Notes: generated by a model from the letters alone, not told the origin. A stretch of DNA of 63,786 nt, filler included, from Basidioascus undulatus (GCA_000826855.1; 6 parts of 6 records of this genome joined end to end with filler, not necessarily neighbours in it); one strand, 5' to 3'. Shown: positions 24,536 to 36,814, numbered from the whole stretch's first letter. Numbers and translations: made by a program.

Positions 24536-27500
24536 TCAGACCTTGAGGTATTTTTTGAGGCCCTGCAGCCGCCGGCCGGCCTCCTTGAGAGTGTCGACGT
24601 CCTTGCAGAAGCTGGAAAAGCGAAGGATTATCAGATTCAGTCGGCACGCCGAGACGGACGACAGGGGAAGCGAAGCTTACGCGAAGCGAGCGAAATTCTC
24701 GCCCTGGGCGCGGTGCTCCTCGGAGTAGAACCTATAAAGGACGGAGCGGCATTGTCAGTCACCAAGTTTGCAAGCAGCGTGAACCACCGGAACGTACTCG
24801 CTAGGAGGGATAGCCACGACCTTGAGCTCTTGCGACATCCACCACAACACGCTAACGACGGGATGAGAGTCGTCAGCTTTGGAGGTCAGAGCGAGACGGA
24901 GGAAAAGGCTGACTGGAAGTCGCGTCCGCGCCCGCGGATCTGGTCCGGGTAGGGGTAGTCCTCAGGCACTTGGATGTTGGAAATGTCGGTAAGCTGCGAG
25001 AGCGATACACAGAGGTTCCTTCAGTCTCGTATAGTCCTAGAAGTAGAGTGGCGAGGTGAGATGCTCACGATGAAGTACTGTCCCCACGCCCCTCCCCGTA
25101 TTGTCAGCTTCCCAAGTAAGAACGAGCGCTGTAAACGGGCACCCGCGACGCACCGACCCATGCGGGACCCAGTACGGAATCCCGATCTCGTCAAACGCGT
25201 CCGTGAGGACTTTGCGCTGCTCGGCGTAGCGGGCGACCTGCTCGTCGAAGAAGTTGAGCGACACGGCCTGCTCGAGCCCCGCGGCGACGGCCTCTTGGAG
25301 GGGGGAGTTGGTGCAGAATACGATGCGGGTCTGTGTGGGCGGGAGGGGGTGAAATGGAGGTCGGGGTGGGATGAGGGGATAAGGGGAGCGGATGGGAGCA
25401 TGGAGCAGGGGTGAGAGAAGGGACACACGGTGGCGACGAGGGAGGGGGTGATCAGGTGCGTGGGGCCGAGGAGCCAGCCTGCATCGTGCGCAATCATTCA
25501 GTTAGTGCCATTGCGGCAAGAACAGTAAGCGGGAGGGAGGGAGGACGACGCACCAACACGCCAGCCGGTGCAAGCGAAGGACTCTGCGACGCCCCAGCCG
25601 TCCCTCAGTCAGTTCTATCCCAACGTGCTACTTTGTAAGGCCAACGCACTCCCAGCAGAGCAAACCGTGATTGTCCTGTCCCACATCCCGGGCAAGTTCG
25701 CAATGCGCTCATGCTGCCCGTCCAAACCACCAACGCCTCAGCTACCTCTTCCTCTTCCCTCCAGAGTGCAGCCGTAGACGCATGGCGGAGTGGAAGGCCA
25801 CAGGGGAAAGGGAGAGAAGGCGGCGCACTCACCTGCTTCCCGTCAAACGTAAGGCAGTCGTACACCTCGTCCGCGACGAGGAGCAGGTTGTGCTCGCGCG
25901 CGATCTGGGCGATTCCCTCGAGTTCGGCGCGGGTGAAGACCTTCACGCAGGTCAAGAATCGGAATGTCAGAAGGGAGGGAGAGAGAGAGAGGGGTGGAGA
26001 GAGAGATGGGGAGAGTAGAGGCGGACCTTGCCGATGGGCTGCGGTGCGTGATAGGGCGCTTGTTAGGGAGCAATCGGGAAGGAATAAGGTAAGGGGAAGA
26101 CGGACGTTGTGCTGCGTGTGCAAAGAGGAATGAACGTGGGCTAGTGGGTATGAATGCAACAGGGAGGTAAAAGCGTACAGGAGTGTTAACAACGATCTGC
26201 TTAGTCTTCGGCGTAATCGCCGCCCTACCACCACCCATCACCAGCCCGTGCCTTCATCAGCCTTCTGCCCTCCCACGCCATTCTTCCCCAAATTCGATAA
26301 GGCCTACCGCAGCTCGTTTAAGTCAAGCTTCCACTCGTTCGCGCTTGCTGAGCCCGCGTGCGAGGCCGGGTGGAGCGGGACGTAGACGGGCTTGCCGCCG
26401 TTGAAGGTGATGGAAGGCTGGTGATGGAGAGAAATGAGGGTGAGAGGTGGTGGATGGTGAAGTTGGGCAAGTGGGGGAGGGGGAAGGTGAGGGTGAGGGG
26501 AATGAGAAGCGGAGGTCGAGGGAAAGGGGAAGGAGATGGAGGGAGGGGACGGACAATGTACTGTGAGAGGACGGGCAGGGTGAGTATGTAACTGAGGCAG
26601 GGGAAGCGGAGAGGAAGGACTAACTTGGTCGAAGAACGGCTGCGGAGGGAGGGAGAGGGATGTTAGCGAATGGAGCATGGGACGGGAGGTTCTGATAGGA
26701 ACGCACCTCGAACAGGATGACCTCGTCGTCCTTCTCCAAGAACGCCGCCCAGATGGAGTACATGCCTGTTCCGCCCTCCCCAATCTCAATATCCCTCTCC
26801 CCTCATCCTCCTCATACTCTTCCAGTACGCACCCTCGTTCGCACCAGCCGTAACAAGGATCTCCGTCTGCGCTCGGTGTTATGTTCAGACAGGGGAGAAG
26901 GGGGTTGGGGATGGTAAAGAGACGCACCTCCGGGTTGAGCTTCCGTCCCCCCAGCGCCTCGCTGAAGTCTGCGCTGTAGTGCTCGGAGATCGCCGAGCGG
27001 AGGCGCATCCGGCCGCGAGGGTGGCTGGTGGACGGGAGCCAGGTGCTTCAGTCTCCCTGCCCCTGGCTCTGTCTCTCCAGCGTTCTCCAGACAAAGTACC
27101 TGTAGTGGTGTCTATCCTCCCCATCCACATAAGCCGCTCCGTCCAAAAAAGAAGACAAGAACAGAGAAGAGAAGAGGGGGAAGGGAAGGGAAATTCCACG
27201 CACGCGTCCACCCGCCCCATCGCCTCGTCCGCGGCCTTCTGCAAGAACTCCGGTGGCGCCCAGTTCATGAACCCCTGGCCGAGGTTAATCGCATCGGGCG
27301 GCATAGCAGTCGGCGTGAAGATGGACCACACGTCGAGCTTCATCCACTGGTCGAGCCGCGACGACGGCTGCGGCTGCTTGTGGACGCCGTTGGTGGAGGA
27401 GGCGTTGGGGACGGTCATTATGAGGGGTCGTGCGTGGGCGCGAGAGTGAGAGAGAGGGTGGAAGAGAGAGAGAGGGAGACGAGGAGTGGTTGAGAGTCTA

Positions 27501-27550
27501 TGGAAGAAGCGGACTGCTGATGAGCTGGTTGAAGGGAGAAGACGCTGCAT
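24536..27550 (-). CDS. BNA3: PLP-dependent class I aminotransferase, kynurenine aminotransferase (Bna3/KAT)-like; second in-frame ATG at 27418
   Basis: AINLGQGFMNW, ILVTAGANEG, EPFFDQYI, NTPHNPIGKVF, ADEVYD, SAGKSFACTGWRVGW (PLP lysine) and RFAFCK. Stop TGA at 24538-24536. Confidence 0.92.
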
Positions 27551-27931
27551 TGAGTGCGCGCGGGGAACGCGAGAGCCGGGGCGATCGGAGGCTGTCTCCA
27601 TGTAATAAGCTTGAAATAGCAATGCAATAGTGGCTTGTTATCTAAGTATGACTCGCCGTTCGCCGCCGAAGGATGGGAAACCTCCACATGTCCGCAACCC
27701 GTCCACAGACCGGCGCTCGCGTCTGCGAAAGAGCGAGCAACAGTGACAAATAGTGAAGCGCGTCGCGAGCATGCAGGAGATGGCGAGAGCATGCTTTTTT
27801 TGGCCACGCAAGGGCCTGGGGGAAGCCGCGGGAGAGCTGGTCATGTCCACAAAGGGGGAGGAGCCACAGGTTCGTTCTGTACCAGACGCACAACCATCCA
27901 TGCCCGGCCCTTTTCCCCCGCCCTCCCCCCT

Positions 27932-28323
27932 CTAGCCGCTCGCGCTCTTCCACCACCTCACGACGCCCTCCTCCCCTGCACTAACCAGTCCCTGCCCTCC
28001 CACGCCGGCGCCCCCACTAACTCCCAGCGGCCTCCAATCCACGCCCTGGACCTCTCCCTCGCCCATCAAAGTGCTAACCACCGCCCTCTGCGCGATATCC
28101 CAGATCTTGACCTGCCGATCCGCCCCCGCGGAGGCAAGGAGCTTGGAGTCCGGCGCGGCGGCGAGGTCGAGGACCCAGGAGGAGTGCGCCTGCGAGGGGG
28201 GGAGGGTCGCGATGGTTGATGGGTGCCGGAGGTCGTGGATTGTGGTTAGGGTGGAGTCGGAGGAGGTGTAGAGGAGGGTGGAGTCGGGGGAGAAGGAGAG
28301 CGCGCGGAGAGGGGTGGAGTGCG
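27932..28323 (-). CDS. SKI8: WD40 protein SKI8/WDR61/Rec14, terminal exon only (5' part lost at the contig gap)
   Basis: HSTPLRALSFSPDSTLLYTSSD...HSSWVLDLAAAPDSKLLASAGADRQVKIWD closely parallels the WDR61 C-terminal repeats as I recall them. CAG acceptor at 28326-28324, stop TAG at 27934-27932. Not in the ORF track. Confidence 0.8.
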
Positions 28324-28348
28324 CTGTGGGGGGGGGGGGGGGGGGGGA

Positions 28349-28448
28349 NNNNNNNNNNNNNNNNNNNNNNNNNNNNNNNNNNNNNNNNNNNNTTAATTAA
28401 TTAANNNNNNNNNNNNNNNNNNNNNNNNNNNNNNNNNNNNNNNNNNNN
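28349..28448. other. Artificial contig linker (N44-TTAATTAATTAA-N44)
   Basis: 100-nt N spacer with a six-frame stop cassette. Confidence 0.98.
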
Positions 28449-31296
28449 ATGCTCCCCCCCCCGCAGCTGCCGAACGGCTCCCCCTCCGGCGGACGAAGAC
28501 GAGGAGGATTTGGAGGCTGTTCTGGCTCAGGTGCGTCTGGAGAGCGTGGAAGGTGTACGGAGAAGACGCTCAGCTGAGTAAGGGGCTGCGGGCAGTTCCA
28601 AGCGGAGTGGGAGGAGGTCAGTAGACCGGTTTGGGTGTGGACGAAGTAGGGTTGGGGAGGTGATGATGCTGATGTGAGGTTTGGGCACAGCAACACGCCG
28701 TTACTGAGGAGCTCTCCGCCGGGCCACCCTCGCGCCGCGCGAACGGGACGCTCACTACCTGCCCATCAGGAAACTACCGTGCGTCTCCCGTACAGACGTT
28801 CACCCCCATTCCCTCCCGCTTCTCTTCCATCTCACCAACCTTCTATTCCTCCCCTCTTCTGCCCGCGCCCCACACAGTCTGGCAAATAGGCGGCGACTAC
28901 TTCGACGGCTCCAAAGTACCTCCCTCCCACTTCCGTTCCCTCCTCCCCACCTCCTCTCATCCCATCGCCCGTCCACAGCTATACACCTACCCCGACGTCT
29001 ACCGGTTCGACCCGTCCAAGTCCTCTTCCGCCGAGGCCTGGCGGATCTACCGCTCCAAGAACGCGCCCGCGCCGCGCTCGGCGCACCAGGTCGTCGCGTC
29101 CCCCATCGGCGGCGGGCGCCTCTGGCTCTTTGGCGGGGAGTTCGCCAGCCAGAACCAGACGAACTTTCATCATTTCCGTGGGGTATTTTCGTCAGCTATT
29201 TTCTGAGCGGGGGAGGATGCTGAAAGAGGGGGTGCGGTCGGATGGGGGGCGACTCAACAGGAGGTAAGTCTTCGGTAGTCGCTGAGAGTAAAGCTACCTT
29301 GAGGAAGGCTGAGCTTTTTTCTCCGCTAGATTTGTGGGTTTTTGACGTAAACACGCACGAGTGGGAACGAATCGACACGAAGCTGCGCCCGTCCGCGCGT
29401 TCGGGCCACCGCATGGCCATGTTCAAGCACTATATCGTCCTGTTCGGAGTGCGCCTCTCTCTCTTCTCCCCTTCTCCCCTCCTTCACTTCCCCTTCTCTT
29501 CCAACCCCTTCTTACCTCTCCGCCCTCATTTTGCCCCGATTGCTGACTTCCTCGAAACCAGGGATTCCACGACCTCGGCGTGCGAAGTGCGAACTCTCGG
29601 TGTCCTCAGTCCAAAAACCTTCCCTGTCTAACCTTCAACCCATCTAGCAACTTACCTCGATGACCTCTGGCTCTTCGACACGCTCGAGTTCAAGTGGCGT
29701 CAAATCGAGTTCTCACCCCTCGACAAACGACCTTCGTGCGTCCCCTTTCGCTGCCTTCCCCCTCCCCTGATCCTCTCTCCCCTACCCACACAGCTCTATC
29801 TTCCTTCCACCCTCTCACATGCTAATTAACTCCCTTCCTACGCACCAGCGCCCGCTCCGGCTTCTCGTTCCTCCCCTGCGCAGAGGGGGTCGTCCTGCAC
29901 GGTACGCTGCCCTGCAAACAGCAGAGAGACAGAGAACTGATGAGTGCGCGGTACTAGGCGGGTTCTGCAAGACATATGAGAAGGGCAAGCGCGCGAAGGC
30001 GCAGGCGCTGGACGATACGTGGATGCTCAAGTGCGTCTGAGACGCGATTTCCTTGACTGTACTTCCTCACAGCGTGAAGGCTCATTGGAGGTTGGACGGG
30101 ATGAAGGATCGACCCCGAAGCCACTACGTTTAAGTGGGAGAAGCGCAAGAAAGTGGGGTACGCCCCTTCGTGCGTCCCTTCTCCTTACCCCCTTTCTGTT
30201 GTCCTCCAGTTGCGTCTTTGAGAATTAACGTGTCCAGCGGTTGGGCGACGCCAGGCTCCGCTCAGGGTGCACCATGGCACTCTGGGCGAATAAGGCGATT
30301 GGCGTCCTCTTCGGAGGCGTGACGGACGAGGATCGGGACGAGGAGACGCTGGAGAGCGTGTTCCACAAGGACATGTGCGTCCTCCTCTCTCTCCCCCCTC
30401 CCTCCCTCTTCGTCCATCTCTCCTTGCTATCCATGGCTGACCTGACATCCTCACACCCCACCCACACGCAGGTTCGGCTACCAGCTCTCCGGCGCGGGGC
30501 GGTGGGTCTCCCTGAACCTCAAGAAGCCGAAGAAGAAGGGCCCAGGGGGGCGGAGAGGGAAGAAGGCGAAGGCGCAGTCGGTGGCTATGCAGGAAGAGAG
30601 AGAGGAGGAGGATGCGGAGGACGGGCAGGAAGCGGAGGAGGTACGTTCCTGGCTTGGCTTTGTTGAGATTTCGAGGGTGAAAAAGGCTGATCTTGAGGCG
30701 GGTAGGACGCGGATAAGGAGCCGCCCGTTGAAGAACAGCAGCATCCGGAGGAAGAGGAGGACGAGGACGACCCGCTCAAGACTACTCCGCTGGAGCGGTA
30801 CAACCCTATGCTAGCCAGTTGCGTCTGCCTTCCAGATCACACGCTTTCATCACCGCCGGTCGACCATTAAGCTGACAACGAACGTCTTTCCGTGGTGTGA
30901 CAGTCCTCCGAAACACTCTCTACATGTGATTCTGTCTCATCATCCTTCGTTCCACTCACGCGCTGACGCGTGATTGCCAGCTACGGCGGGATATTCGAGT
31001 CCGGCTCGCGCGAGTACACGCTCGACGACTTCCACTCTCTCGTGCGTCTCATCAGATCCCTCCACCGGTTTGCTCTCTTTTCTCTGCCGACTGACAGGGA
31101 TTTCTTTCGGGCACGGTACAGGCACTCGACAAACTCGACCGGTTCACGTGCTTGCGCGAGTGCAAGATCGAGGGGATGGAGTGGAACGAGGAGGACGAAG
31201 AAGAGGATGACGAGGACGACCAGAGCAGTAGCTCGAGTGGGGAAGAGGAGGGGGAGGAGGGGGATTTTGAGCCGTCGTCGGGCGCAGCAGCAGCGG
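28449..31296 (+). CDS. KEL3: Kelch-repeat protein KEL3/KLHDC4-like, partial at both ends
   Basis: PPSRRANGTL, LWQIGGDYFDG, PAPRSAHQ, LWLFGGEF, PSARSGHRM, FGGFHD...YLDDLWLFD, YGGIFESGSREYTLDDFH, and an acidic tail. Confidence 0.9.
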
Positions 31297-31396
31297 NNNN
31301 NNNNNNNNNNNNNNNNNNNNNNNNNNNNNNNNNNNNNNNNTTAATTAATTAANNNNNNNNNNNNNNNNNNNNNNNNNNNNNNNNNNNNNNNNNNNN
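31297..31396. other. Artificial contig linker
   Basis: N44-TTAATTAATTAA-N44. Confidence 0.98.
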
Positions 31397-34300
31397 GGGT
31401 ACCGTCCCTCGCTCGCCACCGTGCCCGGCTCCGCCGGGCTCGAGATGCCGCCTCTGCCCGCGCACCCGCCCGCAACTCAGCAGTCCAGCAATCAACCGCC
31501 GCGGCGTCAGCAGCAGCAGCAGGGCGGGCCGGCGGGGCACCGCAAGTCGGCCTCCCTCGGCGGGTTCAACAACCCGTCCTCCTTCGGCGGCGCGTCCTTC
31601 TCCAACTTCGGGGGCGTCCCCGAGGAGGGCCCGACACCGGACGAGTTCCCCGGCGCGCGCCGCCCGGGCCTCGCCCCCCGCTTCCAGGCCGCCGCGCAAG
31701 GCGGCGCGCCCGACTTCGACGCGCGCTACGGCGCTGCTGGTGGCGCAGCGGCGCAGGAGGAAGAGCCGTACGGGACGCTCAACCCCAACTTCCAGTTCGG
31801 CGCGAAGCGCAGGTCCGCCGCGGCCCCGGCTGGGCAGGGCGCGTTCGGCGCGGGCGGGTTTGGCGGGCAGATTGCCGGGCTCGGAATGACGCCTGAGCAG
31901 GTGCGTTCGCTTCCGTCCTTACCGGTCGCCTTGCGATGCGAAACTGATGCAGCTTTGTTGGACGTTCGCAGTTGCTCATCCAGCAGCAGATCGGTACGAG
32001 GCGGAACCCTAGCGATAGAATAGAAGCGAAGGAGAGCTGACTCTTGGTCGCGCCCACCCCACAGAGGCGCTCCAGCAGCAGCAGCAGCTTCTCCTGCAGC
32101 AGAACGCGAACCAGTTCGTGCAGCAGTTCGACCAGCAGACCGTGCAGTCTCGCCTCGGCGGCGGGGGTGCGGGGGCAGGGCACCGCCGCATCCAGTCCCA
32201 GCAAGTCACGTCGCCCTCGTCCGCGTCCTTCTCCTTCCCGGGCAGCAACGCGTTCCAGCCGCAGTTGCCCCCGCACCAGCAGTTCCATCCCCAGCCGCAG
32301 GGGCAGGGGCAGGGCGGCGGCGGGCTCCCGCGCGGGCACGGACGCAGGCACTCGGTCAACGTTGCTGCGCGCAACGCGAACGCCGCGCAGCAGAACGACC
32401 CATTCGGGTCGGGCGGGCCGTTTGGCGGGCAGGGCTCGCAGGACTTCCGCGCGCTCGAGCAGGGCATGCAGGGCCTCGGGTTCGGCGGCGGGGGCGGGGC
32501 ACATGGACGGCGCGTGAGCCAGGGGCAGGGGACGGACTGGAACAGTGCGTTGATTTCGTGGACGGGGTGGGTAGCAGAGGAGAACGCAGGCTGATGTGAG
32601 GGATGGGACGTGTGCAGACAACCAAAACCAGGGCGTTCCCGACCTCGCCGCCGCGCAGGCCCAGCTCGCGTCCCTCTCCCAGTTCCGCGCTGCCGCGGGC
32701 GCGGGCGGCCACAACCGCGCGCAGTCGTTTGCGTTTCCGAACGCCTTCCAGTGCATCCTGCACCCTCCTTCCCTCTCCCCTCTCCCCAGTGATGCTGACG
32801 ATGTGGAACTGGGGAACAGGAACATGGTCGCCGCCGCGACGCTCAGCAGCGGCTTCGGCATGAACGGCGGCAACATGGGCCTCGCCGCCATCCAGCAGCA
32901 GCAGGCGTTCCAGCTCCAGCTCCAGCAGCAGAACCAGCAGGGCCCCCAGAGGAAGAGTCTGTTCGCGCCGTACTTGCCTCGTGCGTTCTCCCTCCTCCTC
33001 CGCACCACTTCCCACATCTTTTCCCCGTTCCTACTGGCTTCCTAGCTTCCTTTGTTATCCGGAGTCCTTCGCGGACGCTAACGCTTGATGATGTGGAACG
33101 ACAGAGGCCTCGCTCCCCCCGCTCTTGACGGCCGGCAAGCTCGTCGTCGGCATGCTCCGGGTGCGTTGGCTTGCTTAGCTAGCGGGGCAAAGGGACGACG
33201 AGGGGGAACAGACGCTGATTAAGGTGGTGTTGGTGTTTTGTGCAGGTCAACAAGCGCAACCGCTCGGACGCGTACGTCTCGACTGAGGTGCTCGACAGCG
33301 ACATCTACATCTGGTGCGTTTGTTGCGCTGTTGGATGGGGCGTGTGGCAATGGATGCTGATGTCGAGTTACAATGCAGTGGGAGCAAGGACCGCAACCGC
33401 GCGCTGGAGGGCGACATCGTCGCTGTTGAGCTGCTGGATGTCGACGAGTGCGTCTTTCCTCATCAGCGCGGACTCCGGCCGGCCTCGCTAACACGTTTCC
33501 TTTGCCTGGGTAGGGTCTGGGGTACCAAGAAGGAGAAGGAAGAGAAGAAGAAGCGCAAGGAGGAGAACGCGGCATACGATACGCTGCGCGCGATCAACCC
33601 CGCGATCCAGACGAAGCAGCAGGCCAAGAACCGGGACGACGTTGAGGTCGAGGGGCAGGGCTTGCTCCTGATCGCGGACGAGGAGGTAACGGACGAGCAG
33701 AAGCCCAAGTACGCGGGCCACGTCGTCGCCGTCGTCGAGCGCATGCCCGGCCAGCTCTTCTCTGGCACGCTCGGCGTCCTCCGCCCCAGCTCGGCTGCGA
33801 CCAAGGAGAAGCAGGAGGCTGAGCGCAGGGAGCGCGAGGGCGGACTGCCCGAGCGCGACCCCCAGCCTCAGCAGCGCCCCAAGATCGTCTGGTTCAAGCC
33901 GACGGACAAGCGCGTGCCGCTCATTGCCATCCCGGTGCGTGCCCACTTCTTTATGCGATGCGGGCTCGCGCAAAGGCGGAGGACTGACGTGCGAATGGGT
34001 TGCGGCTCTCCCAGACCGAACAAGCTCCGAGTGCGTGCTGCTTTGTTGAGACGTCGGACGCCTTGCTGCAGTTGGCTTACCTTTTGCTTCTCATTTTGCC
34101 CAACAGACGACTTCATCGAGCGCCCCGAGGCGTACACTGACCGCCTCTTCGTCGCGTGCATCAAGCGCTGGCCCATCACCTCGCTTCACCCCTTCGGCAC
34201 GCTGGTCGAGGAACTCGGCCCCATCGGCGACGTCGAAGTCGAGACCAGCGCTCTGCTCAAGGACTCGAACAGCGCTTCGACTGAAGAACACAGCGAGGTG

Positions 34301-36814
34301 AGGAGCATTCTTTGGTCAATTGCTCAAGGAAGGAAAGCACGGACTGACATGATACTTCTGCTTGAATAGAACGTCCTCAAGTGCCTGCCTCCCATGCCGT
34401 GGACGATCCCCGAGCGCGAGTACGACGTGCGCAAGGACCTGCGTGCGATCCGGACGTTTAGCATCGACCCGGAGACGGCGCGCGACCTCGACGACGCGCT
34501 CTCGATTGTCAAGAACGACGACGGCACGTTCGACGTCACGGTCTCGATCGCGGACGTCTCGTACTTTGTCAAGCCCAATACGGCGCTCGACCGCGACGCG
34601 CGCAAGCGCGCGACGACCGTCTACCTCGTCCAGCGCGCCGTGCCCATGCTCCCCGCCGCGCTCTGCGAGGAGCTCTGCTCGCTCATCCCCGGCAAGGAGC
34701 GCCTCGCGTTCTCGGTCACGTTCACTATGACCCCGGACGCGCGCATCGTCAAAGTTTGGTTCGGGAGGACGATCATCCAGTGCGTCGTCTTTCCCCCTTT
34801 TCGTTGGTGGGAAGGTTCTGACGGACGGACTTTCGAGCGTCTGCAGGTCGTGCGCTCAGCTCTCGTACCAGCATGCTCAGAACGTCATCGAGGGCCGCCC
34901 GCTTGGGGACGTCCAGATCTACAAGGACGAGTCGGTCTCGGCGATCGAGGAGGACATTAAGATCCTCAACGTAAGGATCCGCGTCATCCTCTGAGCCGTC
35001 GACCGAATCATGCATTTGCTGACGAGGGGCAACATGCATGCGTACAGGACCTCGCCAAGCAGCTCCGCGGCAAGCGCTTCGACAACGGCGCGCTCCGCAT
35101 CGACTCGGTCCGCCTCAACTTCAAGCTCGACGACAAGGGCTTGCCCGTCGACTGCTCGGTCTATGAGCAGCGCGACGCTAACAAGCTCATCGAGGAGGTG
35201 CGCTGCTGGTTCACCACAGACGGGCGAGGCGCGACATGGCTGAGGGTGGTTGCGCGCCGCAGTTCATGTTGCTCGCCAACATAGCTGTCGCGCAGCAGGT
35301 CGCGGCCAACTTGCCCGAGCAGGCCTTGCTTCGTCGTCACGAGGTTCCCGTTGAGCGCCGCATGGTACGTGGCCCCTCGCAACTCCCGCGACGGACATTG
35401 ATACTGATGTATCCATCTGTCTCCAGCTTGCGTTCGCCGAGCGTGCCAAGGCCCTCGGCTTCGACATGGACGTCTCGAGCTCGGGCGCCATCCAGAAGTC
35501 GTTCGAGGCGATCAACGACCCGCAAGCGCGCAAGATGCTTGAGGTCCTCGCGATCAAGGGCATGCACCGCGCCAAGTACTTCTGCGCGGGCGCGATCGAC
35601 ATCAGCGCGTACAAGCACTTTGCGCTCAACGTCCCCCTCTACGTGCGTTCTTGATGCCTTTGTTTATTACCGGCGGCCGTTCGGGCACGGATGGACAGAC
35701 GTAGTGAATCCTCGTTCCCGCAGACCCACTTTACGTCGCCCATCCGCCGCTACGCCGACATCGTCGTCCACCGCCAGCTCGACGCCGTCCTCCAGGGCGG
35801 GGCTGCTGCGGAGGCCAAGTTTACTATGGACCGTGAGACTATCGCGAAGGTTGCGCAGCAGGTGCGATTGCGTTGTCTGAAATGCCCGCGCCCTTGAATG
35901 TGCTGCTTACATGTCGAATGCTGGTGTAGTGCAACATTAAGAAGGAGGCGGCTGCGCTCGCGCAGGACGCGTCCGCCCACCTCTTCCTCTGCCTGCTCAT
36001 CTCGGACCTCACGCGCCGCTACGGCCCCGTCATCCGCGAGGCGACCGTTATTGGCGTGCTTGACCGCGCGTTCGACATCCTCGTCAAGGACATGGGAATC
36101 GGTGAGAGAGGATGCTTCTGTTGTACAGCATTGCAATAGCTTACGCTGTTTCGTCGTCTGCCCCGCCTACAGAGAAGCGTGTACACGTCGACCAGATCCC
36201 GATCGAGGTAAGCGCGCACTGTCTCTGTTCCGCATGCGGGCAGGCTGATTTGTTCCTTCTCCCGCACGAAAGAACCACGTCCACGATGAGCACAGCAACA
36301 CGCTCGAGCTCTACTGGAAGAAGGGCGTGGACGTCATCTCGTGGCTCGCCGAGAACAGTGACGACGCGCACCTGCGGCGCATCCAGGCCGCCGCGGCCGA
36401 GCACGCGATGATGCACATCGCGAGCCGCTCCGTGCAGGACGAGAGCGCGCTCTTTGACGACGAGGAGGAAGAGGAGGAGGAGGACGTCGACGAAGAGGAG
36501 ATCGTCGTCAAGGCGCAGAAGGCAGCGGAGGCCGAGGACGATGGCGCGGAGGAGACGTCCGTCCAGCGCCTCAAGTCCAAGGCCAAGGTGCTCCCCAAGT
36601 TCGAGGGCATCCGCACAACCGCAGCCGGCCACAACATCCAGACTATCAAGGACCGGATGACTGTTCCTGTACGTTCCTCTCGCCACCTGACACGGCTGGT
36701 TTCGCTCCTGACGTCGCTTGCTCCCGCTTTTCTTTTCAGGTCCTCGTCACCGCCGACTTTTCCGCTTCTCCCCCCATTCTGAAGGTCTTCGCTTTGAATC
36801 CCTATGCCTCTTGA
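31397..36814 (+). CDS. SSD1: SSD1/Dis3L2-family RNB-domain RNA-binding protein, 5' partial
   Basis: RKSLFAPYLP, RVNKRNRSDAYV, GSKDRNRALEGDIVAVEL, KIVWFKPTDKRVPLIAIP, IKRWPITSLHPFG, SIDPETARDLDDAL and THFTSPIRRYAD. Gln-rich N-terminus. Stop TGA at 36812-36814. Confidence 0.95.
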
